A stretch of 32,000 nt of DNA from Candidatus Absconditicoccus praedator (GCF_021057185.1 NZ_CP054059.1:120001-152000); one strand, 5' to 3'. Numbered from the stretch's first letter, positions 24,801 to 32,000 are shown. Numbers and translations: made by a program. The notes: generated from the letters alone by a model not told the origin.

Positions 24801-25312
24801 CTATTATTTGATGGATATCAAAAAAGATAATTAATAATGAAATTGACTTAATAGTTTTAGAAAATAATATACTATCATATTGAGTTGATAATTCAAAAGT
24901 TTTTACTAAGCATATGTGAACACAAAATCAATCAACTTTTGTACAAGCATTGATAAATAAATTATCATTTGTTTATGATAAAGAAAGCAAACAAAGCCAT
25001 CAATTTTGTTATCCGGTGAAAGCAACAAAAACTAAGGATCTGAAAGATTCTCAAAATTGAATTTTAGTATTTGTTGATGATAACAAAACTTCATTACTTT
25101 GTCCTAAATGTGATGAAAAATTAACAAGAAAGAAAGATAATTGAAATGAAATATTGTCTCATAAAGATGGTGAATGTGACTTCAAAATTGAAAAATGAAT
25201 AAAAGAAGAGGTGTATGATTGAATTGTATTTAAGAATTGAGATGATCTTGCAACTTATAATATTGCCAAAAAATGAATGGAATATATAAAATCTAAAGTA
25301 CAAAATAATTAA
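21869..25312 (+). CDS. Second, highly divergent Cas12-family RuvC nuclease (Cas12a2-like paralog)
   Basis: 1147 aa under table 25. The N-terminus MTNIKDLQNLYEVNKTVRFEL parallels Cas12a, and EIDIFQIKSKDM parallels [11 protein letters not shown]. The RuvC-I-like motif is LKVLSMDHGESSFLTYKIY (~24062-24088), and LKKGYSSAIIGWISKKI is bridge-helix-like. The RuvC-II-like motif is DLIVLENN (~24845-24868). CPKC...SHKDGEC is a zinc-ribbon-like segment (~25100-25160). The RuvC-III-like motif is NGDDLATYNIAKKG (~25236-25276). Confidence 0.85.
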
Positions 25313-25333
25313 ATCTTCAACCCAAAAATAAAA

Positions 25334-25537
25334 ATGCAAAACTATATCAAAATTTCTACTCTCAACGACTTTATCTTTTGCCCTAGATCTATTTATTTTC
25401 ATGAACTGTATGCCAAATACAATACCAAAAATTATCATCAAAAAGCTCAAACTGTAGGCAAACACAATCACGAAAATAAGGAAAACCAAAACTGGAAAAT
25501 CAAACATCTTGTTACAAAATATTTTCTATTTTTGTAA
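25334..25537 (+). pseudogene. cas4: cas4 remnant (N-terminal 67 codons only)
   Basis: MQNYIKISTLNDFIFCPRSIYFHELY...GKHNHE matches only the N-terminal Cys/CPR and G..H.E region of Cas4. The RecB nuclease motifs and the C-terminal Cys cluster are absent. Stop TAA at 25535-25537. Confidence 0.6.
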
Positions 25538-26337
25538 TATGAGATTGTACTATTACCACCAAATTGGTAAATAAATTATTAGAATTTGGAATAAGTGTTT
25601 ATTTTCTCAATCATAGCCTTGCTCCCAAATTTTTGATATGAAATCAACTGGAATGAAATTTTTTACTGAGACAAAAGCAATATAGTTTTGATAAAGAACT
25701 TGATATTTCCAAATTGATTGTCAAAAATAAAGCCGAAAATCAACTCATCTTGTTAAAATCTATCAGAAACAAAGATGCCAAAACCAAACAATGAATAAAT
25801 AAAATCAAATCTACAATTTCCAAAATAGATGCTGTCACAAATCAAGACTCTTTGAGATGATATGAGTGAAATGTTTCCAAAATCTTTTTTGATATATATT
25901 TCCAAGATATGAACTGGTACAAAAGAATGCCAAGGACCAAAATAGATCCTGCAAATCTGCTGATGGATATATGATATACTTTTTTGTATAATTTCCTTGA
26001 ATCCAATTTGAATTTGTATGGTTTTGATATTTATAAATGATTTTATCATCAGATGTTTTTCCAAAGGAAATCATTGGTTTGTGATTTGGTAGAGCCATTT
26101 AGATGTATCATAGACAAACAAATTGTAAAAATGAATAATCTAAATCAAATAAATGAAAAAGATTTTAAATTTGGAAAAGGGGAGTATTGGCTTCCTTGGG
26201 ATAAAAGAAATCATTATGTCAAATTATTGCTAGAGCCGATTTTGGAAAATAAAGAGTGAATTTTTAAATTTAGTAAAAGTTATTATAGAGCATTTGTCAA
26301 AGATGATTTGAATGAATTGGAATATTTTTATATTTAA
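25480..26337 (+). CDS. cas1: Cas1 integrase, apparently 5'-truncated with no start codon in frame
   Basis: The frame opens after the TAA at 25477-25479 and overlaps the cas4 remnant. It reads ...IFSIFVIGDCTITTKLVNKLLEFGISVYFLN...LRGYEGNVSKIFFDIYF...MPRTKIDPANLLMDIGYTFLYN...YHQMFFQRKSLVCDLVEPFRCIIDKQIV. About 30-40 N-terminal residues of a normal Cas1 are missing, and the first canonical start (TTG 25564) lies inside the conserved strand. Stop TAA at 26335-26337. Confidence 0.8.
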
Positions 26338-26348
26338 AACCAAATAAA

Positions 26349-26627
26349 ATGTTGATAGTTTCTTATGATATAAGTAATGATAAGGTTAGGACTAAGTTTT
26401 CAAAATTTTTGAAAAAATATGGTAGGAGATTGCAATATTCAGTTTTTGAAATCAAAAATAGTGAAAGGGTTTTGTGATTGATATTAGCTGAAGTTGATAA
26501 AATTTTTGCAAAATCATTTGAAAATACTGATAGTATTATTATATTTAGTATGTGTGAATGATGTGTCAAAAAAGTAGTCAGATATGGCTATGCAGTAAAT
26601 GAAGAAAGTGATTTGCTGTTTATGTAA
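26349..26627 (+). CDS. cas2: Cas2
   Basis: 92 aa: MLIVSYDISNDKVRTKFSKFLKKYGRRLQYSVFEIKNSERVLGLILAEVDKIF...DSIIIFSMCEGCVKKVVRYG. This is the typical Cas2 ferredoxin-fold pattern. Confidence 0.9.
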
Positions 26628-26874
26628 ATTCATACATAGTTGATCTTTAACAGTTATTTTGATAAACTACATTATTAGAAAATCATACTCTATGGTGATA
26701 GAAATAACAATGTGGGTTGTAATAAATAAGAAATTATAGTTAAGACTTGGGTTTGCAAAGAAAAATTGCAAAGCTATAGTCTTTATAAAAATGGATTGGC
26801 GGTCCAACTGGGTTTTGGAAGCTCGGACATAGATCTGTATGCTTCCAAACTCCAGTAAATAAGCCAAAAGTGCT
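26628..26874 (+). promoter_or_regulatory. CRISPR leader
   Basis: This 247-bp segment lies between cas2 and repeat 1, and the degenerate repeat sits at the far end of the array. A sigma70-like pair is present: TTGCAA (26753-26758), a 16-nt spacer, then TATAGT (26775-26780). That pair is low-confidence in AT-rich DNA. The leader also contains an inverted degenerate repeat copy (26665-26690) and a GC-rich extended hairpin (26796-26867). Confidence 0.6.
26665..26690 (-). repeat. Inverted, degenerate copy of the crRNA-handle half of the CRISPR repeat
   Basis: The plus strand AACTACATTATTAGAAAATCATA aligns to the reverse complement of repeat positions 13-36 (ATCTACAATAGTAGAAATATCATA) with 20 matches, 3 mismatches and 1 gap. 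On the minus strand it reads TATGATTTTCTAATAATGTAGTT versus the repeat TATGATATTTCTACTATTGTAGAT. Confidence 0.45.
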
Positions 26875-29472
26875 ATTTATAACTCATATGATATTTCTAC
26901 TATTGTAGATGCATAGGTTTTCAGTGTATCCAAGCAAAATTTATAACTCATATGATATTTCTACTATTGTAGATTGCTCTTTCAATATTCCATATTCAAC
27001 ATTTATAACTCATATGATATTTCTACTATTGTAGATTGTTTTTCTATCTTTAAAATCTTCTTGTAATATATTTATAACTCATATGATATTTCTACTATTG
27101 TAGATGTTGTGATGGACTCTGACTCTAATTTTAATTTATAACTCATATGATATTTCTACTATTGTAGATGCTCAATAAGATTGCCATTCTTCTAGAGGTT
27201 ATTTATAACTCATATGATATTTCTACTATTGTAGATTAAAGATATAAAAGCAATTTATCTATAAATTTATAACTCATATGATATTTCTACTATTGTAGAT
27301 ACCTATCTCAGTTTTGGTTGTTTAGCCTAAATTTATAACTCATATGATATTTCTACTATTGTAGATTGTTGCCGTGATCCTAAATGTTAATGGCATCATT
27401 TATAACTCATATGATATTTCTACTATTGTAGATAACTCTTTTTTCATCAGCTCTAATATAAGAATTTATAACTCATATGATATTTCTACTATTGTAGATT
27501 TTTTCTAATTCTTCGTTTTTGTTTTCATATTTATAACTCATATGATATTTCTACTATTGTAGATTTGTCAGTCAGGTGAATATCAAACTGAATATTTATA
27601 ACTCATATGATATTTCTACTATTGTAGATGGGCTAAGTAAGGAGCTTATACTTATTATTTATAACTCATATGATATTTCTACTATTGTAGATGGTGGTGG
27701 TGCACCTACGAGACAAGAAATTTATAACTCATATGATATTTCTACTATTGTAGATTGGGGTTCCGATTTTTTGTTGACTATTATTTATAACTCATATGAT
27801 ATTTCTACTATTGTAGATAACTTGATGTATCTATTCATGCATAAATTTATAACTCATATGATATTTCTACTATTGTAGATATTTGCATACTTCCATTTAA
27901 ATCATCAAATTTATAACTCATATGATATTTCTACTATTGTAGATTCTTTACAGTATTTAAGTAGTTCAGAATTTATAACTCATATGATATTTCTACTATT
28001 GTAGATACTTCATTGACTTCATTGTCATAATAATTTATAACTCATATGATATTTCTACTATTGTAGATTTGCGGAACATTGATACTTCAAAGATAATAAA
28101 ATTTATAACTCATATGATATTTCTACTATTGTAGATCAGTTTAATTTTGTATTTAATTGAAAATTTATAACTCATATGATATTTCTACTATTGTAGATAC
28201 TATCATACACCTCAAAACTTCATGTATATTTATAACTCATATGATATTTCTACTATTGTAGATATATAGTTTTTGATATCAAGAAATTCAATTTATAACT
28301 CATATGATATTTCTACTATTGTAGATTTTTTGTCTTGATATAGTTTTGCTATAATTTATAACTCATATGATATTTCTACTATTGTAGATAATTGTAGTCG
28401 TTCAGTCAACAAAAGAATTTATAACTCATATGATATTTCTACTATTGTAGATATTTATTGAATTGCTTTGAATTGTAACATTTATAACTCATATGATATT
28501 TCTACTATTGTAGATTGGCCGATATCTGATGACGCAAAAAAAACCAATTTATAACTCATATGATATTTCTACTATTGTAGATGAAGAAACACTAACAGAA
28601 GCTGGGGACCGTATTTATAACTCATATGATATTTCTACTATTGTAGATAGGTGCAAGAACCTGATTTATATTATTAAAATTTATAACTCATATGATATTT
28701 CTACTATTGTAGATATCAGGACTGAATGTTACTGAATATACATTTATAACTCATATGATATTTCTACTATTGTAGATTCCTTCTTGCTTTTTCTCTTTCG
28801 TTTATTTATAACTCATATGATATTTCTACTATTGTAGATATTATTAGGAAGTTGAATATTATCAGCTGATTTATAACTCATATGATATTTCTACTATTGT
28901 AGATCAAAGGGGCTGAATGTTACTGAATTTATTTATAACTCATATGATATTTCTACTATTGTAGATGCTATATTATCGTTCTTTTTATATTCATTTATAA
29001 CTCATATGATATTTCTACTATTGTAGATAATTGAGTGAGTTAGTGATTTGCATTTATTTATAACTCATATGATATTTCTACTATTGTAGATAATCTGATT
29101 TCTTTTCTGTCTTTAGATATTTATAACTCATATGATATTTCTACTATTGTAGATATTTTCATGAGAATTCTGATACTGGATTATTTATAACTCATATGAT
29201 ATTTCTACTATTGTAGATGTTTTGAATACCATTTTTATTTTATTAGATTTATAACTCATATGATATTTCTACTATTGTAGATTATTAGGATATAAACTAG
29301 ATACATAATCTATTTATAACTCATATGATATTTCTACTATTGTAGATTCACACTGTCTTCTAAATCTTTACAAATTTATAACTCATATGATATTTCTACT
29401 ATTGTAGATTTCAGCTTGCTTGTCCATATTTTCCATATTTATAACTCATATGATATTTCTAATTAAAACAAA
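26875..29472 (+). CRISPR. Type V-A CRISPR array: 40 identical 36-nt repeats, 40 spacers (26-33 nt), truncated terminal repeat
   Basis: The repeat is ATTTATAACTCATATGATATTTCTACTATTGTAGAT. Its 3' end, TCTAC-TATT-GTAGA-T, is the Cas12a crRNA handle stem-loop. Repeat 1 is 26875-26910 and repeat 40 is 29374-29409. The 41st copy matches only the first 25 nt (29437-29461) and lacks the stem-loop. I enumerated all repeats by hand and found every one identical. Confidence 0.99.
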
Positions 29473-29505
29473 AAAAAGGAAGCCATAGTAGGCTCCCTTT
29501 TTTTG
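29470..29505. terminator. Bidirectional terminator between the array and the convergent protease gene
   Basis: An A-run, then GGAAGCC (29478-29484) / GGCTCCC (29491-29497) with 6 of 7 positions paired and a 6-nt loop, then a T-run. The structure reads as a hairpin plus U-run on both strands. Confidence 0.7.
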
Positions 29506-29521
29506 TAATTGTAAACTCAAA

Positions 29522-32000
29522 TTATTGTTCACAAGCTTCTCACCAATTTGGTTGTTTGTCATCATTTCATTGGAATCCAGCTCATCTATCAAAGTGAACT
29601 ACTTGATTTCTTCAATTTATATTTTCAACACACCAACTACTAATATCTTGCTCAAATTTTTCAGCACTTCTAAACATAAATTTCATATCTTCTACAGAAT
29701 CAACATTCCATTCACTTATATCTTGATTAAAAGAACTTGCATTCCAAAACATTTTACTCATGTCTGTAACATTGCTTACATCCCAGTGAGTAATGTTATT
29801 TGTATCCCAGAAATCAACCTCATTTTCATCAGAAGAATTGTTTCCTGGTGCGTTTCATCTTCAGTTTCATCTTCAGTTTCATCTTCAGTTTCATCTTCCA
29901 TTTGAGTTTCTATTATTTGAGTTATTAAAGTTTTTGATGTCTTGAAATAAACCGCTTAAATCTTCTATGTTGGATCACAATTGTAGATCATCTAGTGTAT
30001 ATTGATTTTCATTAGGCTCTCAAGCTCAAGCAAAATCATATTTTTCTCAGTCTTTATCAACGACTTTACCTCATTTAATAGCATTTTCCAGTTGTTGTCT
30101 ATTATCAACAACTATATAATCTTGTTCATCTTTGTCATCATCTTCTTCCTTTTTCTCCAAAACTAGAGTAACAGATTTATCTTCTGTTAGCTCAATTGAT
30201 CTAGATTTACTTTCATATCAATCTTTTGAAGCTGTAAGTTCGTAGTCTCATTCTTCAAGCTCAAATGTTGCATTATATCATTCTTTTTGTTTGTCTCAAA
30301 CACTCAAAATTGAATCTAGTTGTTCTCAATCTTTGTTTTCTGTATTAACTTCTAAAGTGTAAATTTTGTCTTCATCATCTTCTTTTTTCTCTAAAACTAT
30401 AGTAATGGATTTGTCTTCTGTTAGTTCAATTGTTCTAGATTTGTCTTTATATCAGTCTTTTGAAGCTGTAAGTTCATAGTCTCATTTTAATACTGAAGTT
30501 ACTAAGTTTTGATATGTTACATTGGATCAATCTTTAGTGTTTCAGTTAAGATTTAGTTCTGCTTCTAGAGAATCTCAATTTTTATTTTCAACATTAATTT
30601 CTAGGTCAAATGTTTCTTCATCCAAAACTAGAGTAGTGGACTTATCTTCTGTTAGTTCAATTGTTCTAGATTTGTCTTTATATCAGTCTTTTGAAGCTGT
30701 AAGTTCGTAGTCTCATTCTTCAAGCTCAAATGTTGCATTATATCATTCTTTTTGTTTGTCTCAAATACTCAAAATTGAATCTAGTTGTTCTCAATCTTTG
30801 TTTTCTGTATTAACTTCTAAAGTATAAGTTTTGTCTTCATCATCCTCGTCCTCATCTTTATCTTTAATGGCCATTAAACTTTCATATAAATCAGGTATTT
30901 TTCCCGAAGTAGTTTTTGATGCAAGAGAATCAAGATTTCTTCAATTTTCTAATAATATGTCTTTAACTTCCAAATATGTAAGTTCTGGATCATAAGACCA
31001 CAATAGTGATAATGCTCATGCTACATATGGAGCTGCCATAGAAGTTCATTGTTTATTTGAATATTCATTGTCTAATACTGTAGATTTTATACCAACTCAA
31101 GGAGCAGCCAAATTTACAAACTTGTCTCAATAGTTAGAGAACCAAGCAAAACTCTCATCTGAGTCTATTGCAGCTACTGTGATAACATTATCTAATCATT
31201 CGATTTTTTCTCCTCCACAACTAAAATCTGCTGAATATGATGCAGGAAAGAACAACTCTTCATTCAGATTTGCTTCTACATTTCAAGCTGCAGCAACCAC
31301 AATTCATCATTCTTCCTTAAAATTTTCAATTTTATCATAAAAGAACATATCAAGCATTTCTTCATTACAACTATCTTTATCGTATGGTCCAGCTCATAGA
31401 CTCATGTTGATTATTTTTGCTCAATTGTTTTTTGAGAAACTTATTGCATCTATTATGTCTTCGGTTGTTGAAGCTGATCATCTTTCATCCAAAGCTTTTA
31501 CAGCCATTAATTCAGAATTTGGATTGATTCATGCAATTCAAACTTCGTTATCCATTTCTGCTCATATTATTCAAGCAACATGACTTCAATGTCAACTGTC
31601 ATCTTCAGGATTGTTGTTTTCATTCACATAATCATATCAATGTTTGCATCATCCACTTATTTCTTGAGAATCTTCATCTACACAATCAGAACCATCCCAT
31701 AGTTGATTTTTGAGATCTTCGTGTTCAGAATATATTCAGCTATCTACTACAGAAACCAATGACTTACCTCAAGAAGTAGTATCTCAAGAATATATGTTCA
31801 TAGCTTCTTGCCAGTTGATAGCTTCATGTCACCATAGTTCATCTATGTGTTCATCATTAGGTTGATATGGTTCAAAATCTAATTTTTCATATTTAAAATT
31901 GGGTTGAACCTGACTTATATCATTATTATCCTTAAATTTTGATATAAGTTCTTTGGTTGTATGTTTTTCTGATTTAGCTTTCAAGATGTTTTTTGCATTC
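29522..32000 (-). CDS. Mosaic secreted/surface protein: S8 subtilase domain + 3 tandem ~77-aa repeats + (GRGN)4 + DUF285/BspA-type repeats (5' end outside window)
   Basis: The minus-strand table-25 frame is open from 31999 down to the stop (TAA complement at 29522-29524). The catalytic triad contexts are VVDSGI, GHGSHVAGIIGA (~31559-31597) and GTSMAAPYVAGA. Repeat units carry GDYELTASKDGYKDKSRTIELTEDKS. The C-terminus reads WDVSNVTDMSKMFWNASSFNQDISEWNVDSVEDMKFMFRSAEKFEQDISSW. Confidence 0.9.
29852..29899 (-). repeat. 12-nt x4 tandem repeat encoding (GRGN)4
   Basis: The plus strand is GTTTCATCTTCA x3 plus GTTTCATCTTCC. The minus strand reads gga aga tga aac tga aga tga aac ..., giving GRGNGRGNGRGNGRGN. 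Seven of the 8 Gly codons are TGA. Confidence 0.9.
30159..30845 (-). repeat. Three intragenic tandem repeats of ~231-234 bp
   Basis: Copies start at 30159, 30393 and 30624 in plus-strand coordinates. Copies 1 and 3 are near-identical along their whole length. Copy 2 diverges in its second half. Confidence 0.85.

Noticed and set aside
26641-26664. The pseudo-spacer following the inverted repeat copy (minus strand TATCAAAATAACTGTTAAAGATCA) as a guide against the cas12a upstream region (TATCAAA at 18045-18051, preceded by a T-run).
   Set aside because: Only 7 contiguous nt match, the alignment collapses afterwards, and the -1 PAM position is T. This is chance level in AT-rich DNA, so I make no autoregulation claim from it.
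26628-26874. Calling a bona fide tracrRNA in the leader.
   Set aside because: Type V-A and Cas12a2-type effectors are known to work with crRNA alone. The anti-repeat match is partial, and its transcription is unknown. I reported it only as an unexplained element.
27576-28735. Track ORFs 27576-27878 and 28529-28735, with the recurring peptide IYNSYDISTIVD.
   Set aside because: They are translations of the CRISPR repeat read through successive repeat-spacer units. The periodic identical peptide is the repeat itself, not a protein.
29525-31713. Plus-strand track ORFs 29525-29905, 30522-30710 and 31531-31713.
   Set aside because: They are antisense to a continuous minus-strand table-25 ORF with clear S8 protease and DUF285 motifs. 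The VSSSVSSS... tail is the antisense reading of the (GRGN)4 repeat.
1-32000. Reading the fragmented ORF track as a heavily pseudogenised genome, or as table 4 (TGA = Trp).
   Set aside because: TGA coincides with invariant Gly in several unrelated families (GIDRGE, GHGSH, GGSSGG, CPKCGG), while Trp is encoded by TGG in WCGPC. With TGA = Gly the genes are full length and tightly packed.

Overview
This is an AT-rich bacterial chromosome segment that can only be read under translation table 25 (TGA = Gly), which points to a Gracilibacteria/Absconditabacteria-type CPR lineage. The supplied standard-code ORF track is therefore fragmented, and all CDS coordinates below come from my own manual re-translation with TGA = Gly.

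Positions 1-18039 carry mostly plus-strand housekeeping genes: the 3' part of topA, pheT, a proB-like kinase, a FemAB-family gene, an FtsW/RodA gene, a CPA2 antiporter, gatA, an azoR-like gene, a PAS-adenylate cyclase, trxA and cutA, plus several hypotheticals. This part also holds two GC-rich islands: a terminator-capped structured-RNA candidate (1443-1701) and a 37-bp tandem palindromic repeat (8580-8801).

Positions 18218-29472 are a type V-A CRISPR-Cas locus. It starts with a canonical cas12a. Directly downstream is a second, very divergent Cas12 paralog (21869-25312). That paralog keeps the RuvC D/E/D residues, carries a large insertion after RuvC-I, and has a short CxxC zinc-ribbon-like segment where Cas12a has its Nuc domain, so it is Cas12a2-like. 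Next come a 67-codon cas4 remnant fused out of frame to a cas1 that lacks its start, an intact cas2, and a 247-bp leader. The leader contains an inverted degenerate repeat copy and a GC-rich extended hairpin. The array has 40 identical 36-nt repeats, 40 spacers and a truncated terminal repeat.

Positions 29522-32000 (minus strand, 5' end outside the window) encode a mosaic S8 subtilase / repeat / DUF285-type surface protein, including a (GRGN)x4 tract written almost entirely with TGA codons.
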